Assembly (NCBI GenBank): GCA_963817525.1
Contig: CAWFOU010000001.1
Span: 864,001 to 928,000 of the forward strand
DNA length: 64,000 nt
Source: an uncultured archaeon
GTDB taxonomy: Archaea; Thermoproteota; Nitrososphaeria; Nitrososphaerales; Gagatemarchaeaceae
Direction of reading: 5' to 3'
Position 1 is the stretch's first letter, and every line of letters begins with the position of its first letter. Positions 9,913-18,947 of this stretch are shown here, piece by piece. The notes below the pieces were generated by a model. The model saw only the letters and a program-made list of their open reading frames with translations, had not been told where the DNA came from and searched no databases. Position numbers and translations under genes: made by a program.

Positions 9913-10301
9913 TATTTCTGGACTCGTCATTCGTCATAGCCCTCGCGGATGCCGACGACCAGTTCCATGACAAGGCCGTCGCAGCACTTCCGAAGCTCCA
10001 CCCTAGACGCCTCGTCTCCGACCTGGTGATCTCCGAGAGCACCACCGCAGTCGGCGCAAGGCTGGGCGTCAAGGCCGGCCGCGCGGTCTTCGAGAACCTC
10101 CTCTACGACTCATCCACAAAGACCGTATTCGGCGGCAAACGGCTCTACGAACGGGCAGTCCCGATATTCACGAAATATGGCGGACGCCTTTCCTTTGCTG
10201 ACGCGGTGAGCGTGCGGCTGATGTATGACGAGAAGGTCAGGGAGATAGCCTCCTTCGACTCCGACTTTGACCGAGTCGATGGAATGTCTAGGATACCGTA
10301 G
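9909..10301 (+). CDS. vapC: VapC PIN-domain toxin
   Basis: IFLDSSF, ISE, LSFADAVS and SFDSDFD motifs; apparent CTG (or ATA) start overlapping the antitoxin stop. Confidence 0.85.
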   Translation: MIFLDSSFVIALADADDQFHDKAVAALPKLHPRRLVSDLVISESTTAVGARLGVKAGRAVFENLLYDSSTKTVFGGKRLYERAVPIFTKYGGRLSFADAVSVRLMYDEKVREIASFDSDFDRVDGMSRIP

Positions 10302-10345
10302 CGAGCCTCGAGTCTCGCCTCGGGCAGCGGGCAGCCGGCCCGGCG

Positions 10346-11745
10346 CTAGGACCTTCGGAGCGCTTCGACCGCGTTCATCCTCGACGCCCTCCACGCGGGG
10401 ATGAGCCCGCCGAAGCTCCCCACCGCAACCGCGAGGAGTATCGCGAGGAGCACCAGCTCCGGGGTGATCGCCGGGGTTATCGCGAGCGTAGACGAGGTCG
10501 TGGTGGCCGCCGGGGCCGCGAAGGAGAACCCGCCGGCGCCACCGCGCGAGAGGCCGCGCTTGCTGCCGAGGAAGCCGTGCTCGCCACTCTTGCCCCTGCT
10601 CCCCCGCCCCCGAACCCGGGGACCCTCAAGGTCCCGCTGAGCGCCCCTATCACGAGGAATGAAAGCAGGTAGCCCGCGCCCGCGCCGACGAATCCCCCTA
10701 TGAGCCCTGTCACTATGGCCTCGGTGAGGAATACCGCCATTATCCCGTTGCTCGTCGAGCCCAGCGCCTTGAGGACGCCTATCTCCCGCGTCCTCTCGAT
10801 GACCGAGGTGAGCATAGTAGTCATTATGCCGATGAAGGCGACGAGGACCGAGGTCCCCGCGACCGCCTCGAGCAGGGTCGAGGTCCCCGACGTGACGGAC
10901 TGGATGGAAGACAGGAGGGAGCTCACCGAGGTTATCCTGACGTCCGAGCCGTACTCCGCGGTGAGCTCGTTAGTGACCTCCGTGACCGTGTTGGGGTTGG
11001 TCGCTACTACCATGATCCCGGTGAAGCTCGTGCTCTTGAGGATTGACTCGCCCGAGGCGAGAGGGATGAATATCGTCGTATCAGGGGAGATCGTAAAGCC
11101 CTGCCCGAACTGGTCGTAGACGCCGCGGACGACGAAGGAGTGCGAGGTCGAGGCCGACGCCCCGCTCGCCGCGCCCCCGAACCCGATGAACTGGGCCGCC
11201 CCGTTCGCGCCGACGAACGAGAACGACGACGTCCTCCCCAGACCTGAGACGGAGACGACCTGGTTGACGCTGAAGTTGCTAGCCCCAGAGAGGTCCGGGT
11301 AGGCGACGCTGTAGCCTATGGCTGCGCCGACGGTGTCGGTGGAGGTGGGGACGGCCCCCACCCCCAGCTTGAGGGTGGGGAAGACGCTCGAGAGCTGCGA
11401 CAAGTCTAACGCGACGACCGATGCTTGTATGGTGTAGCTCCCGTCCTTGACCTCCCCGTTCGCCTGAATGTAGCCGAGAGCGGCCGAGACCCCCGTCATG
11501 TTCTGGATGAGCGAGACGTCAGAGGCGGTGAGGGTGGTCGTCCTCCCCGTGGGCGCGACGAAGAGCGTGGTCGCCCCCAAGCTGGAGAACTGCGCGGTGC
11601 TCGCGTTGCTGTATCCCTGGGTCGCGCCGACGAGAGCCACGATGGTGGCCGGACCTATCACTATGCCCAGTATGGTCAGCACCGCGCGGAGCTTCCGCTC
11701 CGTGAGCGCGCGCATGGCGTACTTCAGGAGGCCGAGCGGGCGCAT
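10346..11745 (-). CDS. MacB/FtsX-type ABC transporter permease (frameshift near 10560-10590)
   Basis: RKLRAVLTILGIVIG and SVIERTREIGVLKALG; the expected C-terminus LIPAWRASRMNAVEALRRS* lies in another frame ending at 10346. Confidence 0.85.
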
Positions 11746-11780
11746 GCTTCGCTACCCCTCCCCGAGGGCCGCGCAGGAGG

Positions 11781-14418
11781 TCAAATCACAGACTGCTCCG
11801 CTCTCTGTTCCTGGGGCATGCTCGCGAGCCTCTTCACCCTGTATCGTCTCGCCATGAACGCACCCACTATGAGGACCGCCGCCACGACGCCGACAACCCC
11901 GTAGGCGATGTCCTTGAGCTCCGAGGTGCTCGTGGAGCCATTGGAGACCGTCGTGGTCGTCGCGCCGGACAGCTCGCTCTGGGTCTCTACCGTCGCGGGC
12001 ACCGTGAACGCCTTGACGTGGCTGGCCCCGAAGGTGTCCATGTAGGTAAGGGTGAGCGCTATCTGGACCGTGGAGCCTGTCGCCCCGCGGCTAGAGTTAC
12101 CCAGGCCAGCAAAGCCTCCAGGGAAGGAGAAGTTGGCGGGAAGGGTGAAGTTCCCTATCCTGGTGAAGTTCCCGCTCCGGCTGAAGCTCCTCGTGCTGGT
12201 CGTGGTGGTGCTCACGCTCCCGCTGTGAGAAGTGGTAGATGTGGTCGTCGTGGCTGCCGCAATGGGGGCGACGAAGGGTATCGTCACGCTGAAGGGCAGC
12301 GGCGTGTTGGGGTCGATCTCCCCGAGGTAGACGGGGGTCGCCGATGTGGTGCCCACCACTCCTGACAACGAGGCGTAGTAGATGGACGCGCCCCCCTCGT
12401 CGAGGATGGACCCGGTCACCGTGAAGCCCGCGGTCGACTGGGAGACGGTCGTGTCCTGGAGGATCAGTATCACGGTCCCCTCGAGGGTGAAGCTCACCGG
12501 AAAGTCCTGGGAGTGGGAGGTCCCGCTGGAGTCTGTGAACGAGACGGTGAGGTCCCCGCTGTAGATCCCGGCCGAGGCGCTCGGGCTGCTGGTCAGCTCC
12601 GCGGTGAACGTCTCGTTCGCCCCGGGGTTGAGCTGCGACTCTGGGGTCGGCGAGCCTATCGAGGCGAGCACGAGCGGCGAGCCAGCCTGGAGCGAGAAAG
12701 TCGGGGAGTAGAGCGTGGCGCTCCCGTCGTTAGTGAGCGTGAAGATCGCCCTCGTGGTGGTCCCGGCGGTCACCGTCGAGTTCTCCTGTGTGACCGACAG
12801 CGGGAAGCTGCTCGTGGTCGCCGACACTATCGGCGCCGGCGAGATGACGCTGCTCAGAGTGAGGCGCGACCGAGTTGGAGGTCGTCCACGAGAGGCCAAG
12901 CGTGAAGTTGTAGCTCGCGGGCTTTATCGTGCTCGCCAGGTCGAGGTCGAAGGTGAGCGATATGACCTGGCCGTCGTCCGCGCTCGCGGCGAAGGCCGTA
13001 GCCGTGGAGTGGCCGTTGAGGTCGGAGAAGCCGGACGGCAGGGAGAGCGTCCCCTCGATGCTGGTCACGCTCTGAGACCCGAGGTATTGCAGGCTCACCA
13101 CGAGGGGGACGTCCGAGCTTCCCGGCTCCGGCGAGATGACGGAAGTCGCAGAGGAGCTGGTCGAGTTCAGGGCCTTTTCCCAGGTCGTGCCCTCGACCTG
13201 GAACGAGGACTGGAGCTGGGCGATGGGCGGCGGCGTGAGGACCGTCGTCTGGGTCGTGCCCGAGGACATGGAGGTCATCCATGTAAGGGAGAGCGTGTAG
13301 TTGTAGCTCCCGGGCTGGACGCTGCTCCCGATGTCCAAGTAGAACGTGAGCTGGACCACACCATACTGGTCGGTCGCCGCGGCGGAGACCGCGGTAGCGC
13401 TGCCCTTCCCGTTGAGGTCGGTGATCCCCGTCGGGAGCTCGACCGTCCCCTGGAGGCTGGTCACTGGGTTGAGGCCCAGGTACTGCAACGTGACGACTAG
13501 GGAGGCGTCCTGCGTGCCCGCCAGGGGCGAGGTCGCGCCCGAGCCCCACAGCGCGCTCACCGTCGTGAACGACGAGGAAGAGGACACGCCGCTGCCGACT
13601 ATGAACTCCAGGTTCTGAGAGAAGGTCTGGCTGTTCTCGTATGGGTCGAGGTACTTGGCGTTGAAAGTGAGCGCGACGCCCTGCCCGCTAAGGGAGGACG
13701 GGACGAAGAAATCTACCGTGCCCGAAACGTTCGAGCCCGCGTCGAGCGACTGGATCGTGGGGATCTGGTCGAGGACCGTGATGGCGCTAGGGGTGGAGAC
13801 CGACAGAGCTAGGTTGCTCGTGTCGCCCTGTCCGGTGTTGGAGAGCGTGAAGGTGACGTTGTTGTCCTCGCCGGCGACGAGGTGGGACGTCGTCGAGGTG
13901 AAGCTGAGCACTGCCGGGCTGCGCAGGCCGACAGGGACAGTCACCGCCTGGGTTATCTGGTCTGACGTGCTGTTGCTTGTGTACATGATCGACATCGGGA
14001 TGTCGTAGGTCGAGCCCGTGGCCGAGGTCGGAGCGGTCGGGCTGATGTTGAGGTAGAAGGTCTCGGTGACGAGGGTGTTCGGCTCGATGGAGCTAGAGGC
14101 TATCACCTCGGGCTGGGTCGTGCCATCGGGCCCCGTGAACACGGTCACCCCGGAGAGGTTGAGCTGGAAGGTCGTCTGCGGGGAGAAGCACGGCCCGGCG
14201 AAGAGGAGAGACACCGTGAGGGGGAAGTTCTGGGCTCCGGGGTAGGCGCTCTCCGGAGCGCTAGCCGTGCCCCAGGTCGCCGCCGTTACGCTGAAGGGGT
14301 CGGTGTTCGCCGTGCACGAGACGCTCGGCGATGCGGAGGCGGGTGAGCCCGTGAAAGCGAGCACCTCCAGCAGGAGCAGCGAGAGGACGGCCAGCGATGC
14401 CCGCGAGTTCTTCTTCAT
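11781..14418 (-). CDS. COG1361-type S-layer-domain/Ig-repeat membrane-anchored protein (frameshift near 12860-12880)
   Basis: Signal peptide, repeated beta-sandwich modules (SLQYLG...GTxxLPxGxxDLNG), Ser/Thr linker and C-terminal TM; two ORFs join; typical partner of archaeal MacB-type ABC operons. Confidence 0.75.
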
Positions 14419-14425
14419 TCTCGTC

Positions 14426-15160
14426 TCAGTTCTCCCTTATGTCCACAATCTGGCCGTCGCGGACGGAGATGACCCTGTGCGCTCGGTCCACCACGTCCGG
14501 GTTGTGCGTGATCACCACTAGCGTCTTGCCGAACACCTCGTTGAGCTGCTTCATCAGGGCCATCATCATCTCGGTGTTCTTCGTGTCGAGATTTCCTGTG
14601 GGCTCGTCCGCGAGCACGATGGTCGGATCGTTGGCGAGCGCCCTCGCGACCGCCACCCTCTGGCGCTGCCCTCCTGAGATGTGGTTGACGTTCTTGTTCG
14701 CCTTTTCGGCGATCCCGAGCCTGGCTAGCAGCGACATCGCCCTCTTCCTTGTGAGCGTCGGGTCCGCCCCTGCTATGAAGAGCGGGAGCTCCACGTTGTC
14801 GAGGACCGACATCCGCGAGAGCAGGTTAAAGTCCTGGAAGACAAAGCCGAGCTTCTTGCTCCGGATCTCCGCGAGCTCCGCGTTCGGGAGCATGGAGACG
14901 TCGACCCCGTCGATGAACACCTTGCCAGAAGTCGCCCTGTCGAGGCACCCCAGGATGTTAAGGAGCGTCGTCTTGCCGCAGCCGGATGGGCCGATTATCG
15001 CGACGAACTCGCCCTTCTCGACGGCAAAGTCCAACCCCTGCAGCGCGTAGACCGCGTCCTCCCCCGCGCCATACCTCTTCTTCAGGCCGACGACCTTGAT
15101 CGCGTACTCCTGTTCGGACGCTCTAACCGGGGCCTGGAGGACCGCAGAAGAGCCGCTCAT
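14426..15160 (-). CDS. ABC transporter ATP-binding protein (LolD/MacB family)
   Basis: GPSGCGKT, ISGGQRQR, LADEPTGNLD and H-loop. Confidence 0.95.
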   Translation of the reverse strand: MSGSSAVLQAPVRASEQEYAIKVVGLKKRYGAGEDAVYALQGLDFAVEKGEFVAIIGPSGCGKTTLLNILGCLDRATSGKVFIDGVDVSMLPNAELAEIRSKKLGFVFQDFNLLSRMSVLDNVELPLFIAGADPTLTRKRAMSLLARLGIAEKANKNVNHISGGQRQRVAVARALANDPTIVLADEPTGNLDTKNTEMMMALMKQLNEVFGKTLVVITHNPDVVDRAHRVISVRDGQIVDIREN

Positions 15161-15531
15161 TTCTTCTTCTCCCCTACCGTCGTGTCAGCCTGGGCAGCGA
15201 GGGTCGGGCTGGGGGTCGGCTGCGTGACCTCAGGCTCCGGCGCTGCGGCGACGGTCGAGACCGCCCCCGGGACGTCCGTGATGAGCGAAAAAAGCTCCAA
15301 TACCGCCCCGACCGCGATGAGCCCGAACCCGACGAGGGACTCGATGGTGCTCGTGTTGCTGGTGGTCGACGACGCGGAGGACCCGATGGCGAACCGGAAG
15401 GCGGAGGCTGGCGTCGCCGCCGAGGACGAGGTCGTGCCCTTTGTTATCAGGGTATAGAGGGGGCTGGAGGGCAGGAGCAGCAACAGTCCGGCCAAGATCA
15501 CCAGTATGCTGATTACGGCTAGGCGACGCAA
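15157..15531 (-). CDS. small two-TM membrane protein, first gene of the ABC operon
   Basis: Two hydrophobic helices with an S/T-rich loop; ATGA overlap with the ATPase gene. Confidence 0.6.
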   Translation of the reverse strand: MRRLAVISILVILAGLLLLLPSSPLYTLITKGTTSSSAATPASAFRFAIGSSASSTTSNTSTIESLVGFGLIAVGAVLELFSLITDVPGAVSTVAAAPEPEVTQPTPSPTLAAQADTTVGEKKK

Positions 15532-15818
15532 ACCTATCGAGACCTCCGAGTCGAGGTCAGGTTATAGCGCTTTTCCTGAATGGTTCCCAAATCCTTAGTA
15601 AATCTCCCCACGCTCCGCTCTCCTTGCCCTGATGATGGTTTCGGGGCAGCGGACATTAAAGAATCTTAGGTATCCGGCCTCTGCTTCCCCCGCTACGGCG
15701 AGGCGCGACGACCCCTCACTCCCGGGCCCTAGGAATTCTAGTCTTCGAATCCGGCCTCGACGGGGCGCTGTCCGCCACGATAGCTTAAGAACAGACGGGC
15801 ATGGCTTTCGCGTCGGCA

Positions 15819-17660
15819 ATGAAGGTGGCGATAATCACGCGGGACTATCCGCCCGCGATAGGCGGAATCGCCACCCACGTCGAGGGGCTGGTCAAGGCAC
15901 TGAGGAGGCTCGGCGTCGAGGCCGACCTCTACGTGGGGAGGCACGACGTGAGGACCCTCCTCCTCCCCTTCGACATCCCGCTCAAGGAGTACGACGTCGT
16001 CCACGTCCAGAGCCTCCCCTACGGGGCGTTTGTCTGCGGTGTCCCCCTCGTCGTAACCGTTCACTCCCCCGTTCTGGAGGAGTTCGGCCACTACAGGAAG
16101 ACCCTCAAGCTCGAGTCCGTGCCGGCCATAGCCCTGGAAAAGGCGTCGCTCTCGAGGGCCAGAGCTGTCCTCGCGGTCAGCGGCGAGAGCCGCGCGGAGC
16201 TCGTGAGCAGGTACGGGGTGCGCCATGAGAGGGTCCAGGTCATAGGAAACGGCGTAGATAGCGAAAGGTTCTCGGGGCGGAGGGATCCCGACGCGGCGGC
16301 GGCGCGGAGGGTGCTCGTTGTCTCGAGGCTAGAGCCCCGCAAGAACGTGAGGGAGGCAATAGGGGCCGTCGCTGAGCTGCCTGAGGGGACTTGCAACCTG
16401 GAGATAGCGGGGGACGGGTCGGAGAGGGAGGCGCTGGTCGAGCTGGCGAAGAACATCGGCGCGGGCGACTCTGTCCACTTCCTCGGCAGGGTCGACGGGG
16501 CGTCCCTCCCCGAGGTGTACGCGCGGTCCGCAATCTTCCTGACCACCAGCGAATCGGAGGGGTTCGGGCTGTCCCTACTCGAGGCGATGGCTTGTGTTGT
16601 GAGGGGTACGCTCGTATCCACCAGTAACGGCGCCATGCCCATCGAGAACATCAGGAAGGGGACACTAGTCTTGACTCACTCAGGCAGGTATAGACCCGTC
16701 CTTCAGACCTTTGTCGGGATTCGGGGCGGAGTAATGTATGTGATCGAGACTTCGCATGGGCGCTTATGTATTACGCCGACCCATAAGTTCCTGACAAGAA
16801 GTGGCTGGATGTCCGCCGAATCTCTATACTTCGCTTGCAAGTCTGAGCATGCAGCAGAGAGGGTACATCGCCGGCTTCTTCGATGGAGAGAGTCATATGA
16901 CAATAAACATAGTAAGGCAAACGAAGACTTCGAGGCACCTAGGGACCGGGCTTGGAATCCGGCCGATGATAGAGGTCGCTCAGAACTCTCGGCGTCAGGA
17001 AGTTCTTTACTGGATAAAAGGAAAGCTCGGAGGCCGCGTCGTGCCGGATTTACCTCGACACGAATCAAGATTGGTAATCGGGGGCAGACGCTCGGTAGGT
17101 CCCATCTTAGAGACATTATTGCCACTGCTGATTTGCAAGAGGAACGTCGCGATGCTAGTTCTGGAGGTCTGCAACAGGAGGTTGTCATTCGTCCAGAATA
17201 TGCCGGAGGATTGGATTTGGTTTATCGACAAGGCGATCCAGGTGCGAATGATAAATTCGGAATTCAGCCCGGAGCGGCTTCAGAAGGGTGTCGGGAGGCT
17301 GAATGGATTGAAATCGGAAGTATTGAACCGATACAGTATGTCGGGCAAATATTCGATCTCTCCGTAGCAGCAGACAACTCATACGTAGCGAACGGCCTGA
17401 CGGTCCACAACTCCGGCTGCGCGTGCGTGGCATCTGACCTCCCTACCCACAGGGGCCTTATCGAGCATGGCGTGAACGGGATGATATACCGAAATCGGGG
17501 GGAGCTTGTCGCCTGCCTGAAGGAACTCCTATCCTCGCCGGCGAAGGTAGAGAGGCTAGGTGCGGCCGCTAGCCGGGTGGCGAGCGGGCTCACCTGGGAG
17601 AAGGTAGCAATGAAGGTAACTGGGGCCTACGAGAGTGTCCTGCAACGCCCGAAGCCCTGA
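15819..17660 (+). CDS. GT4 glycosyltransferase interrupted by an intein
   Basis: MKVAIITRDYPPAIGG, VSRLEPRKN and EGFGLSLLEAMA|SGCACVASD; removing 273 aa restores an ordinary GT4 of about 340 aa; CTTAAG about 30 nt upstream of ATG 15819. Confidence 0.92.
   Translation: MKVAIITRDYPPAIGGIATHVEGLVKALRRLGVEADLYVGRHDVRTLLLPFDIPLKEYDVVHVQSLPYGAFVCGVPLVVTVHSPVLEEFGHYRKTLKLESVPAIALEKASLSRARAVLAVSGESRAELVSRYGVRHERVQVIGNGVDSERFSGRRDPDAAAARRVLVVSRLEPRKNVREAIGAVAELPEGTCNLEIAGDGSEREALVELAKNIGAGDSVHFLGRVDGASLPEVYARSAIFLTTSESEGFGLSLLEAMACVVRGTLVSTSNGAMPIENIRKGTLVLTHSGRYRPVLQTFVGIRGGVMYVIETSHGRLCITPTHKFLTRSGWMSAESLYFACKSEHAAERVHRRLLRWRESYDNKHSKANEDFEAPRDRAWNPADDRGRSELSASGSSLLDKRKARRPRRAGFTSTRIKIGNRGQTLGRSHLRDIIATADLQEERRDASSGGLQQEVVIRPEYAGGLDLVYRQGDPGANDKFGIQPGAASEGCREAEWIEIGSIEPIQYVGQIFDLSVAADNSYVANGLTVHNSGCACVASDLPTHRGLIEHGVNGMIYRNRGELVACLKELLSSPAKVERLGAAASRVASGLTWEKVAMKVTGAYESVLQRPKP
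16593..17411 (+). mobile_element. class 1 intein (273 aa), no in-frame endonuclease
   Basis: Starts CVVRGTLV (block A), LCITPTHKFL (block B TxxH), GWMSAESL, IFDLSVAADNSYVANG (block F), TVHN|S (block G with +1 Ser); lower GC than the flanks. Confidence 0.93.
16849..17367 (+). CDS. single-motif LAGLIDADG homing endonuclease (I-CreI-like), nested in the +1 frame inside the intein
   Basis: YIAGFFDGES motif; IEVAQ, LLPLLICKRNVAMLVL and IQVRMINS align by eye with I-CreI FQVTQ, LQPFLKLKQKQANLVL and DQIAALND; frame open 16795-17367 with ATG at 16849. Confidence 0.85.
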   Translation: MQQRGYIAGFFDGESHMTINIVRQTKTSRHLGTGLGIRPMIEVAQNSRRQEVLYWIKGKLGGRVVPDLPRHESRLVIGGRRSVGPILETLLPLLICKRNVAMLVLEVCNRRLSFVQNMPEDWIWFIDKAIQVRMINSEFSPERLQKGVGRLNGLKSEVLNRYSMSGKYSISP

Positions 17661-17714
17661 GCCGTGCAGCTTCAAAAGGTCGGCGGGACAACCGTATGAC
17701 GGTCGCATACTGAG

Positions 17715-18947
17715 ATGGGCGAGACTACGAAGCCGCTTCATGACTGGGTGCTCTACGTCACGAACCACTTCACCCATCTTGTCGTCGAGGCGCAGGCGGC
17801 TTCTCCGAGATACCACCTCGCGAGAAAGCTCTCGGAGAAGGGGCAGAAGCTGCTGGTATACTGCCCCATCGGGCGTCATGTTGGGAGTCCTCTCCGCGAC
17901 TTTGTCATCAACCTCTGCCCCAAAAGAATCGTTTCTGGCTACACGGTATACCTCTTCCCACCCGTGATCGTCAGCCCTTCGAGCGCGACCACTCCCTTGA
18001 CTCTGATCATGGGAAGCCTCTTCATCCTTGCCTACCTCACGCTCACGCGAATCAAGGTCGCAGCTCAATACAGCACGACGATTCTCGTGGGGTCAGTGGC
18101 GGCGGTGGTGAGGATGAGAAAGAAGATTCCGCTCGTGGCGAACTACGGTGACCCCGACTTCGCAAGGGAACGCGGGCTAGCAAGACAGGGCTTCAAGTTC
18201 TGCGAAGACCTAGTCATGACCAGACGAAACGCCTTCGCCATGGTCTACGTTGACGAAGTCGTGGGCGAGTACATCAAGGGCAACTTCCCCGTCGAGAGGA
18301 CGCTCTTCCTTCCGAATGGTGGATACGAGGCCGGCTTTGTCCCTCCAATGCCTGATTCTTCGGGCGTTGTCTCGCTGAGAAAGAAGCTTGGATTGGAGGG
18401 CAAGTCAGTGATACTCTATGCAGGTCAGCTGACCGCGGTCTATCGCCTCGACATCCTGGTCTCGGCCGCGCCTTCCATAATCTCGCGGGTTCCAACCGCG
18501 AAGTTTGTGATAATCGGTAGCGGGCCTACCTCCAGAACGCTGAAGCTAGCTGTAAAAGAAGCCCATCTCGAAGACTATTTCGACTTCACTGGCGCCGTTC
18601 CCTACGATGAGCTCAGCCCCTTTCTCGTCCTCTCTGACCTTTGCGTTCAGCTGCTAGACGACTGGTGCATGGGCACCAAGGTCGTGATGTACATGGTCCA
18701 TAGGCGGCCGGTTATCTCAAGCGGCGGCTGGTTCCATAGGTACGGAAGGTTTCTCCGAAACGGAGAGAACTCGATTCTGATCCCTCCTAGCGTCGAGGCC
18801 TTTGGTGAGGAGGCGGTCAAAGCTCTACAGGATCCCTTGCGAAGGGCCAAAATCGGGGAATCGGCCTGGACTACGGTCCACCGATACACTTGGGACGAGC
18901 ACGCGGAAGAGACTCTGAAGCTGCTCCACGCTTCGATTCTCGGCTAG
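17715..18947 (+). CDS. GT4 glycosyltransferase
   Basis: LPNGG, ILYAGQL, IIGSGP and FTGAVPYDEL motifs. Confidence 0.85.
   Translation: MGETTKPLHDWVLYVTNHFTHLVVEAQAASPRYHLARKLSEKGQKLLVYCPIGRHVGSPLRDFVINLCPKRIVSGYTVYLFPPVIVSPSSATTPLTLIMGSLFILAYLTLTRIKVAAQYSTTILVGSVAAVVRMRKKIPLVANYGDPDFARERGLARQGFKFCEDLVMTRRNAFAMVYVDEVVGEYIKGNFPVERTLFLPNGGYEAGFVPPMPDSSGVVSLRKKLGLEGKSVILYAGQLTAVYRLDILVSAAPSIISRVPTAKFVIIGSGPTSRTLKLAVKEAHLEDYFDFTGAVPYDELSPFLVLSDLCVQLLDDWCMGTKVVMYMVHRRPVISSGGWFHRYGRFLRNGENSILIPPSVEAFGEEAVKALQDPLRRAKIGESAWTTVHRYTWDEHAEETLKLLHASILG

Noticed and set aside
12860-13570. Internal repeat in the COG1361 protein as a mobile repeat or array
   Set aside because: Ordinary duplicated Ig-like protein modules, diverged at DNA level.
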